Part shown: piece by piece, positions 1 to 9,561 of the stretch | Layout: the number at the start of each line of letters is the position of its first letter | Position numbering within the stretch: the first letter of the stretch is position 1 | From: Actinomycetota bacterium | GTDB taxonomy: Bacteria > Actinomycetota > UBA4738 > HRBIN12 | Assembly (NCBI GenBank): GCA_050696355.1 | Contig: JBOGVD010000102.1 | Coordinates: 1,027-65,026, forward strand | DNA: 64,000 nt | Direction of reading: 5' to 3' | Position numbers and translations under genes: made by a program | Notes under the pieces: model-generated | What the model was told of the DNA's origin: nothing | Databases searched by the model: none | The model's input: only the letters and a program-made list of their open reading frames with translations

Positions 1-109
1 GCAGCAGCAGGCTGAGCAGGCCAAGCGTCAGCGGCCTCCATGTGAAGGCACGACCACGCACTTCCTCAGTATCCCCCAGACCGCCTTCCTCCACGTACAG
101 AGCCCTCAT
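1..109 (-). CDS. hypothetical membrane protein, 5' end only (runs off window edge)
   Basis: Minus-strand ATG at 109 overlaps the TGA of the upstream SHOCT gene (ATGA at 106-109). Translation MRALYVEEGGLGDTEEVRGRAFTWRPLTLGLLSLLL.. ends in a hydrophobic helix at the edge. Too short to be in the ORF track. Confidence 0.3.
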   Translation of the reverse strand, partial: MRALYVEEGGLGDTEEVRGRAFTWRPLTLGLLSLLL

Positions 110-333
110 CGATCACTCCGCAGGCTGGCACGACGATCGTTGAACTCGTCGGCATCGATCTCGCCTCGGGCGAATCGCTCCTCCAGGATCGGCTGGGGAT
201 CGGCCCGCCGAGACTCTGAGATCCGCCGGACGGCCCAGACGCCGAAGGCGACCAGGGCGCCGACGATGACGGCGGACAACACGGCCACCCACCACATCAT
301 CTCCATCGAGGTCCCATCCATCATCCCTCCCAC
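106..333 (-). CDS. SHOCT domain-containing small membrane protein
   Basis: 75-aa ORF with a TM helix (WWVAVLSAVIVGALVAFGVWAV) followed by LEERFARGEIDADEFNDRRASL, the short C-terminal (SHOCT) pattern. Lies 9 nt downstream of copA on the same strand. Confidence 0.65.
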   Translation of the reverse strand: MGGMMDGTSMEMMWWVAVLSAVIVGALVAFGVWAVRRISESRRADPQPILEERFARGEIDADEFNDRRASLRSDR

Positions 334-342
334 TGGTCTGAC

Positions 343-3333
343 CTACCGCTTTCCCGCCGATGCGTAACGACCCGGGTCCGCGCGGAAGGACTCGAGGCAT
401 GACGTCGAACAGAAGAAATACATCGTTCTGTCGAACTCCTCGCTCCCTGCCGCCGTCGCTGGATCGATGTCCATGCCGCAGACGGGGTCTCGAACCGTCG
501 CCATCTCTCGGTCCTCCTTCTGGTCGTCCGCCGTCACCCGAGCCTCGGGAACCTCGACGTGGACCGGCGTGGCTCGAGGAGTTCCGCTCGCTTCCGATAC
601 GGGTTCCGGGCGGAACCCCCGCAACCGATTCGCGTTCGTTACGACCGACAACGAGCTGAGCGCCATCGCAGCGGCCGCGATGATCGGACTGAGCCGGAGC
701 CCGATCAACGGGTACAGCGCGCCAGCAGCGATCGGGATCCCGACGACGTTGTAGCCGAAGGCGAAGAAGAGGTTCTGCCGGATGTTGCGCATCGCCGCCC
801 GGCTGAGATCGAAGGCCGTCACGACAGCGCGGAGATCCCCGGAGATCAGCGTGACGTCTGCAGCCTCGATCGCGACGTCGGTGCCGGTCCCGATCGCCAC
901 GCCCACGTCAGCCTGGGCCAGCGCCGGCGCGTCGTTGATCCCGTCTCCGACCATCGCGACGATCCGCCCCTCGCCTTGCAGCCGCTTGATCTCCCTAGCC
1001 TTGTCGTCCGGCAACACCTCGGCCAGCACTCGGCTGATGCCGACATCCCGCGCGATCGCTCGAGCCGTCTGCCTGTTGTCCCCCGTGATCATCGCGACCT
1101 CGAGACCCCTCTTCCGCAAGGCTGAGATCGCCGACGGCGCTTCGTCCCGCGACGTGTCGGCGACGGACACCACGCCGGCGGGCCGGCCGTCGATGCCAGC
1201 ATAGATCGCCGTCTTGCCCTGCTCCTCGAGCTCTGAGGCGACGGTCTCAAGCTCCGCGACGTCGATGCCGTCCGCCTCGAGGAACCGTCCCTTCCCGACC
1301 ACGACTTTGCGACCGTCTACCGTCGCCCGGATCCCGAGGCCGGTCACCGACTCGAAATCCTCCGTATCGGAGAGCCGCAAACGACGCTCCTCCGCTCCTC
1401 GGACGATGGCCTGGGCCAGCGGGTGTTCGGATAGCCGCTCCGCGGACGCGACGAGCCTGAGCACCTCCGCTTCGTCCAGAGCTGGCGCGGCGACCACATC
1501 GGTGAGGGCCGGTGAGCCCTTCGTGAGGGTGCCGGTCTTGTCGAGGACGACCGTGCCGATTCGATGCGCGGCCTCGAGCGCCTCGGCCGAGCGGATCAAC
1601 ACGCCGTGTTCCGCGCCCCGGCCGGTCCCGACCATGATCGAGAGCGGTGTCGCGAGGCCGAGGGCGCACGGGCACGCGATGATAAGCACTGAGACCGCAC
1701 TCACGAGCCCGTTCGTGACCGCCGGCAGCGGGCCGACGTCGAACCAGGCCACGAACGTCGCTATCGCCACCACGACGACGGCCGGGACGAAGTAGCTGGC
1801 GACGCGGTCGGCGAGGCGCTGGATCGGGGCCTTGGACGCCTGTGCCTCCCTGACGAGCCGCACGATCTGCGCCAGGACGGTGTCCGACCCGACGGCCGTC
1901 GCCCGGTACCGGAAGGCGCCGGTCTGGTTCATGGTCCCTCCCACGACTGGATCCCCGGGGCCCTTGTCCGCGGGGATCGACTCGCCGGTGATCATCGACT
2001 CGTCGAGCGTCGAGCGACCTTCCATGACCACTCCGTCGACCGGGACGCGCTCCCCCGGTCTCACGACGATCTCGTCCCCGGCCCGTACCTCCTCGATGGG
2101 CACCTCACGCTCAGAGCCCTCCCGGACCACTCGCGCCGTCCTGCGCCGCAGCCCGAGCAGCTGCCGGATCGCCTCCCCCGTCCCCGCCTTCGCCTTCGCC
2201 TCCAGAAGGCGGCCGAGCAGGATGAGCGTCAGGATCACGCCGACCGCCTCGAGGTAGACGTCGCGGACCGATGCGGGGAAGAGGTCTGGCGCGGCCGTCA
2301 CGAGCACGCTGTAGGCGAAGGCCGCCGTGGTGCCCAGCGTGATCAGTGCGTTCATCTCGGCCGTGCGATGGACGAGGGTCCGCCATCCGATGGCGTGGAT
2401 CGGCCACCCCGTGTACACGAAGACGGGCGCGATCAAGGCGAGCTGCACCCACGGCTCCATCAGGAAGGCCGGAACGTCGAGCCCGAAGAACTCCTCGGCC
2501 ATCACCGCACCCACGACGGGAACGGACAGAACGGCGCCCACCAGGACGCGGCGCGAGAGGTCGGCGACCTCGCGACGCCGTTCGGCCTCTTCCTCACCTT
2601 CCGCCGCGGCGCCGGACCCTGGCTGGTCCGTGGCCTCGACCCGGTAGCCGGCAGATGCGACGGCGCGGCGCATCTCGTCGACGGAAACCGCCGAGGGATC
2701 GAACCGGACGCTCGCTTGCTGCTCCGCCACATCAGTCGTCACGCCCGCCACACCGGGGAGCGGCTCGAGCACCGACTCGATCGTCCGCATGCACGTGGCG
2801 CAGACAACACTTCGGTCCCGCAGCCTGAACGCGACTTCACCCGACCTGTCCCCCAACGCTTCGATCGCGATCGCTCTCGGGACGTCGTGCGGGTGATGGT
2901 CGGTTGCGGCGAACGAGGACAGATCCCCGGCTCGATCTGCGAGATCGCCCTCGCCGTCGGTGTCCTCCACGACCAACGTGCCGTGCACCATGTTCATCCC
3001 GCACGCGAACGGGAACTCGCCGCTACGCTCGGGCATCAGCTCAACGGCCGTGCTCGTGAAGGCTGGCAACGTCCGGCGGATCCGGAAGTCGGGGAAGACG
3101 ACCTCAGAGGTGCACTCCCCTCTCTCTTGCCGGTCGAAGACCAGCCGGAGCGGTATTCCTCGCCGCGCGTGGACGGTCGCCGGGGAGTAGCCACCGCGGA
3201 CGGTCACCTCGATCTCCTGATCGCCGCCACGCACCACCGCATCAGCCGACGCTCTCGGCCCGACGAAGAACCAGACCAGACCGGCGCTCACCAGCAACCC
3301 ACCGGCCGTCACCACGATCTCGGCAAACGTCAC
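343..3333 (-). CDS. copA: copper-translocating P1B-type ATPase with N-terminal cupredoxin-like domain, HMA domain and C-terminal YHS/TRASH domain
   Basis: 996-aa ORF with DKTGTLT phosphorylation site, CPC transport motif ([11 protein letters not shown]) and GDGINDAP hinge. N-terminal TM plus cupredoxin-like segment (..[17 protein letters not shown]), HMA-like CxxC ([14 protein letters not shown]), C-terminal [24 protein letters not shown]. Confidence 0.93.
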   Translation of the reverse strand: MTFAEIVVTAGGLLVSAGLVWFFVGPRASADAVVRGGDQEIEVTVRGGYSPATVHARRGIPLRLVFDRQERGECTSEVVFPDFRIRRTLPAFTSTAVELMPERSGEFPFACGMNMVHGTLVVEDTDGEGDLADRAGDLSSFAATDHHPHDVPRAIAIEALGDRSGEVAFRLRDRSVVCATCMRTIESVLEPLPGVAGVTTDVAEQQASVRFDPSAVSVDEMRRAVASAGYRVEATDQPGSGAAAEGEEEAERRREVADLSRRVLVGAVLSVPVVGAVMAEEFFGLDVPAFLMEPWVQLALIAPVFVYTGWPIHAIGWRTLVHRTAEMNALITLGTTAAFAYSVLVTAAPDLFPASVRDVYLEAVGVILTLILLGRLLEAKAKAGTGEAIRQLLGLRRRTARVVREGSEREVPIEEVRAGDEIVVRPGERVPVDGVVMEGRSTLDESMITGESIPADKGPGDPVVGGTMNQTGAFRYRATAVGSDTVLAQIVRLVREAQASKAPIQRLADRVASYFVPAVVVVAIATFVAWFDVGPLPAVTNGLVSAVSVLIIACPCALGLATPLSIMVGTGRGAEHGVLIRSAEALEAAHRIGTVVLDKTGTLTKGSPALTDVVAAPALDEAEVLRLVASAERLSEHPLAQAIVRGAEERRLRLSDTEDFESVTGLGIRATVDGRKVVVGKGRFLEADGIDVAELETVASELEEQGKTAIYAGIDGRPAGVVSVADTSRDEAPSAISALRKRGLEVAMITGDNRQTARAIARDVGISRVLAEVLPDDKAREIKRLQGEGRIVAMVGDGINDAPALAQADVGVAIGTGTDVAIEAADVTLISGDLRAVVTAFDLSRAAMRNIRQNLFFAFGYNVVGIPIAAGALYPLIGLRLSPIIAAAAMALSSLSVVTNANRLRGFRPEPVSEASGTPRATPVHVEVPEARVTADDQKEDREMATVRDPVCGMDIDPATAAGSEEFDRTMYFFCSTSCLESFRADPGRYASAGKR

Positions 3334-3377
3334 GGCCTGAGTACCTCTGCCTTCGGCATTGTCTGACCCCTCCTACC

Positions 3378-5453
3378 TCAGCGATCCGGCGGTGGCTCGA
3401 TCTCGATCGGGGCATCGAACGCGAAGTAGCGGTGGTCCATGAAGTGGCCCTGCGCGCGCATCTCCGCCCTGCGAACGAGACCTTCGTCGTCCACCCAAAG
3501 TTTGAACCAGATCGGAACCGAGCCTGTTCCGGCGAACGACACGACCTCGGTATTCAGGCCATCGACCCGAGCGGACCCGACGATGTGCGGTCCCACCGCC
3601 GGAAGGTAGTAGTCCCAGATGAACTTCGGCACCTCGGGGACGGGACCTCCCGTCTGCTCCTCCCACGGTGCTTCCGGGGAGGAGCGGAAGTACCGGGTAT
3701 CGTCGATCTCGATCACGTCGACGGTCACCTCCCCATCGCGGATCCCCTGCGACGTGTACCGGTCGGGGGCGACGAAGGCGTAGACCGAGCGAGTCCCACC
3801 TCGGCCGCTCGAGAGCACCTCGATCTGGCGGTAGCTCCCGAGCTGATGCATCCGCTGTTGGACCCGCTCGAGGAGCCTCGAACCGTCTGGGGCCGGGAGC
3901 GACGGGAGCTCGAATGACGCGGTCCCGCCGATCCCTGTCCCGACATCGACGGCCAGACGCTCGCCCCCCTCGAGCTCGAGCTCCGCACGTCGGCACGTCG
4001 TCCCGCACTCTTCCATCGAGGTCGTGCGGCCTCCCAGCTCGATCGTCGCGGGGACGCGCGCCGCGGCTTCCTCCCCCTCGAGCGGGAGCAGGTACACGTA
4101 CACGTCGTTCGTGCCCGGCCGCGCGGGGCGGATCGTCAGTCCGACCAGGACCTCCCCCGCATCGCCCCCGAGCGTGAGATCCCCCTCCCTCGGCAGCGCG
4201 ACCGCTGCAGCTGAAGGCTCCTCCCCTTCCTCGGCTTCCGAGGCCCGGCCAGGCGGTAGCGGGAACGCGGCGAGCAGTGCGGCGACACCGATCACCAGCA
4301 GGGCGACTCCAGCCTCGAACCGCGGGCTCCCGAGGACCCGGCGCCACATCAGGATCGAGAGCGGGACCATGCACAGCACGATCAGGACCTTCAACGAGAG
4401 CAGGAGCCCGTAGGTGGTCTGGACCAGGTCGGCAGGACGACTCAGCTCCTGGATCCCTCTGAGGCTCCCGGTCGCGAGCGTCGCGACGAAGGCCGGGATC
4501 GCCACCGCGGAAAACCCATTGAGCAGCGCTCGGCCCTGGGGTCCCCTCCAGCCGTCCGGTGGCCGGAGCGTCGCGAGGGCGAGGATCCCACCGGTCCAGA
4601 GACCCGCGACGACCAGGTGCATGGCGTCGACCGGCACGCCGAACGCGACCGCCGCCGCGTGACCCGAGGCGGAGAGCGCCACGATCGCGACGAGCAGGAA
4701 GAGGCCGTGACCGCGCCGGATCCACCACCCGACGATCGAAAGAGCCTCCGCGAGCAGCCGGATCGTCCTGGCAGCACCGGATGGTCCGGTCGTCAGGTAC
4801 CCGACGACAGCTCCGGATCGGATCGAGCCCGCCGCGGAGACCGCCTCACCGACCACCACGATCAGCCCGCTCGCGAAGGCCGCGCCGAGCGCCCAGCCGA
4901 CCCGTGGGCGCACCCACTCGAGCCCCGCGGATCTGGCCAGCCGGAGCAGGAGCAACATGCCGATCGCGAGGAGCAGCGACACGTACTCCAAGGCCCGGAA
5001 GATCGCGACGATCAGGTCCGACCTCTGTGGGTCGGTTCCGATCGCGCCCTCGGATCCCGGCCCAGGGTCGACGCCGACGCCGAAACGGAACGAACCGCGC
5101 AGCGTGTGTCCGTCGAGCGTGCTGACCGTGACCCATTCGACCTCGTAGACACCCAGGGCGTTCGTCGTGAGCGGGATCCGGATCTCACGCTCCCCCGTCG
5201 AATCCCCCTCGAAGCGGCGACCGCTCGGGTCGATCACGGTGGCACGCGAGAGCGAGACGTTCAGTGGTTCGGAGAACGCGAGCACCACGACGCCTGGCGC
5301 CGAGCCGAGCTCCTGGCTGGGCTCGGGCTGGGACGACACGATCGCGGCGTGTGCGTGCGCGGTCGCGGGAAGCCCGACGATTGCGGCCGCGACGAAGAGG
5401 GCGACGAAGGACGCCCTCCAGCCGTTCCGATTCGGGGTCGGAGGCCCGCTCAT
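3378..5453 (-). CDS. CopC-CopD fusion copper-resistance membrane protein (YcnJ-like) with extra C-terminal soluble domains
   Basis: ATG 5453 lies inside the 935-aa track ORF, 12 nt after the ccdA stop. Signal/anchor ..FVALFVAAAIVGLPATAHAHA, then a CopC-like sandwich (HAAIVSSQPEP..VYEVEWVTVSTLDGHTLRGSFRFGVG), then multiple CopD-type TM helices, then about 250 aa of soluble C-terminus. Confidence 0.8.
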   Translation of the reverse strand: MSGPPTPNRNGWRASFVALFVAAAIVGLPATAHAHAAIVSSQPEPSQELGSAPGVVVLAFSEPLNVSLSRATVIDPSGRRFEGDSTGEREIRIPLTTNALGVYEVEWVTVSTLDGHTLRGSFRFGVGVDPGPGSEGAIGTDPQRSDLIVAIFRALEYVSLLLAIGMLLLLRLARSAGLEWVRPRVGWALGAAFASGLIVVVGEAVSAAGSIRSGAVVGYLTTGPSGAARTIRLLAEALSIVGWWIRRGHGLFLLVAIVALSASGHAAAVAFGVPVDAMHLVVAGLWTGGILALATLRPPDGWRGPQGRALLNGFSAVAIPAFVATLATGSLRGIQELSRPADLVQTTYGLLLSLKVLIVLCMVPLSILMWRRVLGSPRFEAGVALLVIGVAALLAAFPLPPGRASEAEEGEEPSAAAVALPREGDLTLGGDAGEVLVGLTIRPARPGTNDVYVYLLPLEGEEAAARVPATIELGGRTTSMEECGTTCRRAELELEGGERLAVDVGTGIGGTASFELPSLPAPDGSRLLERVQQRMHQLGSYRQIEVLSSGRGGTRSVYAFVAPDRYTSQGIRDGEVTVDVIEIDDTRYFRSSPEAPWEEQTGGPVPEVPKFIWDYYLPAVGPHIVGSARVDGLNTEVVSFAGTGSVPIWFKLWVDDEGLVRRAEMRAQGHFMDHRYFAFDAPIEIEPPPDR

Positions 5454-5464
5454 CAGCCGGACGG

Positions 5465-6185
5465 TCAGATCGGCGGCCATCGGTTCACCAAGAACCACCC
5501 GATCAAGGGGATGAAGAGTCGGGTCCATTGCCCCGTGATCATCAGGATCCCCATCAGAACCAGGAGCGCGCCGCCGACGCGCTCGATCGCGCGCCCGTGA
5601 CGGCGCAGCCAACCGAACGCCTTGCCGGCGCGCGTGTACCCGACCGCGAGAAGCACGAACGGGACTCCCAATCCAAGCGAGTACGCGAACAGGAGCCCTG
5701 CGCCGGTCCATGCGGTCTGCGTCGCCGCCGCGGCCGAGAGGATGCCCGCGAGCACGGGGCCGATGCATGGGGTCCACCCGAGCGCGAACGCCATCCCCAA
5801 TGGGACGGCCCCGAGAGGCCCAGCCCTGATCCGGCGGAGGTCGATCCGCGCCTCCCGGTACAGGAAGGGGATGCGCAACAGGCCGAGCGCGACCAGGCCC
5901 ATCACGATGACGAAGACGCCGGGCGATCCCCATGAACACCGGCCGGTTCCGGAGGATCACGCCGCCCAGCGTCGAAGCACCCGCTCCGAGGATCGTGAAG
6001 ACAGTGGCGAAGCCGAGCACGAAGAGGAGCGCGGAGGAGATCACCCGGTTGCGCACCGCCACGGCTGCTGACGGCTCTCGTGCCACGCCGCTCACGTACG
6101 AGAGGTATCCAGGCATCAGGGGCAGGCAGCACGGCGACGTGAACGACACGGCGCCGGCAACGAACGCGAGCGCTATGGCCCCCAC
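5465..6185 (-). pseudogene. ccdA: cytochrome c biogenesis / thiol-reductant transporter CcdA (DsbD family), apparent frameshift
   Basis: The N-terminal half (GTG 6185; MGAIALAFVAGAVSFTSPCCLPLMPGYLSYVSG..) and the C-terminal half (ORF 5465..5905; ..GMAFALGWTPCIGPVLAGIL..) are in different frames. The junction is at the GGG run 5921-5923. Deleting one base restores ..RNRPVFMGIAGVFVIVMGLVALG... Confidence 0.7.
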
Positions 6186-6813
6186 GGCAATCCCCCCGTA
6201 GCTTTCAGGACCTCGCGGATCGCGACCTCGAGAGCGGCGCGATCCACGATCCCCACGAACTGGTACGCGATCCGTCGATCCGGCGTGATCACGAAAGTGG
6301 CCGGGAGACCGACGAGTCCGTAGTCGTACGCGAGCCGGCCAGATGGATCGAAGACGCTGGGGTACGTGATGCCGAACTCGTCGAGGAAGGCGCGACCGGC
6401 GTACAAATCATCCTGGTAGTTGACACCCACGAACTGGACCCCTCGGGATCTGTTCGCTTCCCAGGCGGCTTGGAGGTCGCGTGCCTCGAGTCGACACGGG
6501 CCGCACCAAGACGCCCAGAAGTTGAGCACGACGACCCTGCCAGCGTAGTCTTCGAGCCTGAACCCTCGAGGGCCCTCACGTCGAAGTCGGGCGCGGGTCG
6601 ATTTGCCGTCTCCGCGGTCGCTGCGAAATCGGCGATCGAGAGCGGACCGACGACGTTCGTGCCGCCCGAGCGGAACTGCTGCGCGGCGAGCGCGATCACG
6701 AGGGCGATCACGCCGAAGACGATGAGCCACAGGGCGAGACGTGAGTAGGCCACCGAAGCGGACAGCTTCGGGACGCCGGGCGACTCGACTTCGTCTGGAT
6801 CGCGTCGTGTCAC
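6173..6813 (-). pseudogene. TlpA/ResA-type membrane-anchored thioredoxin-like thiol:disulfide oxidoreductase, apparent frameshift
   Basis: The anchor plus ..[13 protein letters not shown] (frame of ORF 6289..7089, GTG 6813 preceded by GGAGA) and the thioredoxin core ..[26 protein letters not shown].. (ORF 6173..6880) are in different frames. The junction is at the CCC run 6563-6565. Adding one base gives ..[25 protein letters not shown]... Confidence 0.65.
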
Positions 6814-7018
6814 GGATGGATCTCCAGACGTTGAGCCCGACGTCTTGACCCTGAAGGTCCGGCGACGCCGTCGAACCCACTGCCGGGGAAGCGCGGGCAC
6901 GCGAACATGACTGATCGATTGGGCTCGTTTGTCCTTATCCCGAACAACTCGACCTCCGAAAGTGATGGACGCGCCGTCATCCGCACGGGAAGCGGCGCAG
7001 GGATCGGTCGGGTTCGGG

Positions 7019-7282
7019 CTACCTCGGTGGTCGCTCGAGGACGCGCGGTTCGCCGTCCCCTGGAGGAGCAGGGAGAGATCCCACGACACGGCGCCACGAT
7101 GACGTCACGGGAAGGATCGTCGCGAGCCCGAGCGCGAGCACGAAGCACATCAGGGGCACCCCCGACAGCGTGCAGTCGGGGCATGGCATCCCCGGCATCC
7201 CGGCGCTCATGCCTATGGGCACGACGAGCAGCAGGAAGACGAGCAGCACGACGACGAGCACGATCCCAGCACGTCGCATCAC
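7019..7282 (-). CDS. small two-TM protein with Met/Cys-rich motif (MSAGMPGMPCPDC), possible metal-binding partner of the copper cluster
   Basis: 87-aa ORF at the head of the minus-strand copper cluster, with two hydrophobic helices flanking MPGMPCPDC. No family assignment possible by eye. Confidence 0.4.
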   Translation of the reverse strand: MMRRAGIVLVVVLLVFLLLVVPIGMSAGMPGMPCPDCTLSGVPLMCFVLALGLATILPVTSSWRRVVGSLPAPPGDGEPRVLERPPR

Positions 7283-7737
7283 GCCGACCGTACCACCAGC
7301 CCCTTCACATCGAACGGCCCCCGCCTCAAGGCCGAGACGGGTGGCGAAGGGTCAGATTCCTACCGAGCGGGCAGTTGGGACAGCAGGGCTCGTACGGGCT
7401 TCTCTCCGGCGCCATACGTTCACGCTACAACGCTTCTAAGATTCGTTGGTACCGATCGCGCGACCTCTCAGACGGGCAGTGGCGGTGTCGGCCAACAGCT
7501 AGCCAGGCGGGCCCATCGGCTCGCGCGACGGCCCCGGTCTGTTGACCTGTTGTTGACCGTCGACTCGCTGGCCCTCTTGAGCAGCAGTGACCGAGCATCT
7601 TCCCAGGGCAGGAAGCGCTCAAGCCGTGTGGGGTACGCGTGGGCGAGAAACGAGCTCGGAGGCATCCAGAGATCCCACTGTCGTGGACAGGCCCGCTGAT
7701 GCTAGCTGGCCTGCACTTTGGCTGGCATGCGAGCTAT

Positions 7738-7811
7738 CGCACGCGGTTCAGATAACCGTTGCTTCGATGACTAGCCCGGTAGAACCAGACTTGCTGCGCA
7801 CGCGGTTCAGA
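7738..7811. repeat. 15-nt perfect direct repeat x2 (CGCACGCGGTTCAGA)
   Basis: Identical 15-mers at 7738-7752 and 7797-7811, immediately upstream of the integrase stub, in a lower-GC non-coding stretch. Confidence 0.8.
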
Positions 7812-7816
7812 GGTAA

Positions 7817-8083
7817 GTGTGCTCCGTGGCCGCCATCGCTGAATCCCTGACCTCGGCTGAAGAGCTCAGCGTCGGCGACTACCTGCAGCAGTGGCTCGCC
7901 CACGTGGCGGGGCGAGTCCGCCCGAAGACCCTGGACGGCTATCGAGGACTGATCCGGCTCTATGCCTCACCGGGACTCGAAAAGCTGCGCCTCGTCGAAC
8001 TGAAACCGCTGGATGTCCAGGGCCTGTACAGCGAGTTGATGGGGCGGGGACTGTCAGCACCATGCCGTGTCGGAGCTCGATGA
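7817..8083 (+). pseudogene. tyrosine recombinase (phage-type integrase) fragment, core-binding SAM-like segment only
   Basis: 88-aa ORF ..LSVGDYLQQWLAHVAGRVRPKTLDGYRGLIRLYASPGLEKLRLVELKPLDVQGLYSELMGRGLSA matches the N-terminal core-binding domain pattern of tyrosine integrases. The arm-binding N-terminus and the whole catalytic domain are missing. Confidence 0.6.
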
Positions 8084-8313
8084 TCGGGCGACGCTCGGGA
8101 GGCCGGGTCACGTGATCGACGGCGGCCCGCCCGAGCCAACGCCTCGCTCCCGGTCCCTGGCCGATCGTGCGAGGGTCCCCGCGGGGGGAAGCGTGGATCA
8201 AGGCGCCCCTCCTTGCCCCTAGGGACGGTCACCCCGAGGTCCCCGGTCCCCGACTTGATTGTGGCGCCGAGCGTCGCCTCGATCCGCTGCTACGACTGAG
8301 CCGGGCCCACCCC

Positions 8314-8703
8314 CTACATCATGTTGGCCATGAGCTCCCGCATCTTCGCGTTGTCGTCGGTCACCATGACCACGCGCGAGTTCGTAGCGAGGTAGACGGC
8401 CCGGACGTTGATCCCCGAGTTCGCGATCTGCCGAGCCATCGCGCCCATCGTTCCCGGCTGCTCTGAACCCTGCACCGGATCGCCGAGGATCGCGTCGGCG
8501 TCGCCCTCGACCTTGACACCGGCGCCCTCGAGCGCCGCCTTCGCGGCGCTTCCGTCCTCCACGCAGACATGGATGATCCCGCGGCCTTCGAAGCCCAGGC
8601 CGCAGACGCCCTCGATGTTGATCCCGGCCGCGCCGAGCGCCTCGCCGACCGACGCGAGTCCACCCGGCCGGTCCTCGACCGAGATCGTGAGATCGGTCGC
8701 CAT
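8314..8703 (-). CDS. ACT domain-containing protein
   Basis: ORF 8314..8739, likely ATG at 8703 (MATDLTISVEDRPGGLASVGEALGAAGINIEG..). Two ACT-like repeats. Confidence 0.7.
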   Translation of the reverse strand: MATDLTISVEDRPGGLASVGEALGAAGINIEGVCGLGFEGRGIIHVCVEDGSAAKAALEGAGVKVEGDADAILGDPVQGSEQPGTMGAMARQIANSGINVRAVYLATNSRVVMVTDDNAKMRELMANMM

Positions 8704-8896
8704 CAGATGCCCCCTTCCTTCGCTGGTCGGTTCCGGCATACGCCCAGGGCGCCGCTCGGGTCAAATCGACGAGCGACGCCGTCGAGGCGGTCCATGGCCG
8801 TAGTGGTCACCGGATGGGGACCAGATCCTGGCCTCGGTGAGAGCGGCGACAGCCTCCTATGATCGACCCCACGACCGGCGAACGGACACGCGGGCC

Positions 8897-9088
8897 GATC
8901 CGGGCTATGTGTCCGATGGCGACCGCGTTTCAGAGGCTACGGTTCGGGACTTCATCCACGAAGCACGCGAGCGTGGTCTGCTGACGCGATCGCCGAAAGG
9001 GCCGACCGGGTGGGGAGCTGACGTCGAAGGCCATTCAGATGCTGATCCGCCAAAGCATCCGTCGCCGAAGCGCCTGACGCGCGAACCC
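8897..9088 (+). pseudogene. decayed HTH-like gene remnant, copy 1
   Basis: Reads ..GYVSDGDRVSEATVRDFIHEARERGLLTRSPKG then shifts frame to GRPGGELTSKAIQMLIRQSIRRRSA*. Nucleotide-similar to 10386-10582. Confidence 0.5.
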
Positions 9089-9102
9089 TTGGAGTCCGGG
9101 CG

Positions 9103-9411
9103 TCAGTCCCCGATCCGGGGACCGTCCAGCGATTCGCCCACACCGAGCACGCCCATCACTCGCTGGGCGAACGGCGAAGGCCGCTCCAGGATCAGGGTGC
9201 CGTCCTCCAGTTGTACGTTGAGCTGGAAGAGCGCGCGGATGCCCGAGCTGTCGATAAAAGTCAGCTCGGACAGATCCAGCCTCAGGTCTCCGCCGGCGGC
9301 CACTTGGGGTTGCAAGCCTTCGGACAGCTCGTCGACCGAGTACATATCCAGCTCCCCCACCAGGCAGTATCGGCGGGGGTCGTCGGTCGCGACGACCTCC
9401 AACGGAGTCAT
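9103..9411 (-). CDS. STAS domain anti-sigma-factor antagonist
   Basis: Last 102 aa of ORF 9103..9726, from ATG 9411: MTPLEVVATDD..CLVGELDMYSVDELSEGL..LDLSELTFIDSSGIRALFQL (SpoIIAA/STAS pattern). Confidence 0.7.
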   Translation of the reverse strand: MTPLEVVATDDPRRYCLVGELDMYSVDELSEGLQPQVAAGGDLRLDLSELTFIDSSGIRALFQLNVQLEDGTLILERPSPFAQRVMGVLGVGESLDGPRIGD

Positions 9412-9561
9412 GAGCGCCTCAACGCTACGCCCACGAATGGACGATGTCTGTTCGCCAGCGTACAGAAGACTGTTGGATCTGAACGCAGGGGTGACGATTT
9501 CGGTTTTCCGTCTGTGCGGGAGGGGAAGGATAGAGGGAGGCCCAGATCCGGAGGTGACGGC

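Noticed and set aside
3378-6185. 935-aa track ORF that looks like a giant CcdA-CopC-CopD fusion.
   Set aside because: Residues ~88-235 are Arg/Pro/Gly-rich out-of-frame read-through. The real CcdA C-terminal half is in another frame (5465..5905). CopCD has its own ATG (5453) and signal peptide. The ORF is therefore split into a frameshifted ccdA and a separate copCD.
7540-7558. TGTTGACC repeated twice, 11 nt apart (7540-7547 and 7551-7558), in the non-coding tract upstream of the copper cluster and integrase stub.
   Set aside because: Could be -35-like boxes or a binding site. It is too short to separate from chance, and no partner -10 or regulator can be tied to it.
8225-8300. Possible eroded C-terminal end of the integrase (..GHPEVPGPRLDCGAERRLDPLL.. 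faintly resembling ..GHSSIxxTLDxYxH..).
   Set aside because: The similarity is too weak and gapped to support. It is mentioned only because it follows the integrase N-terminal stub.
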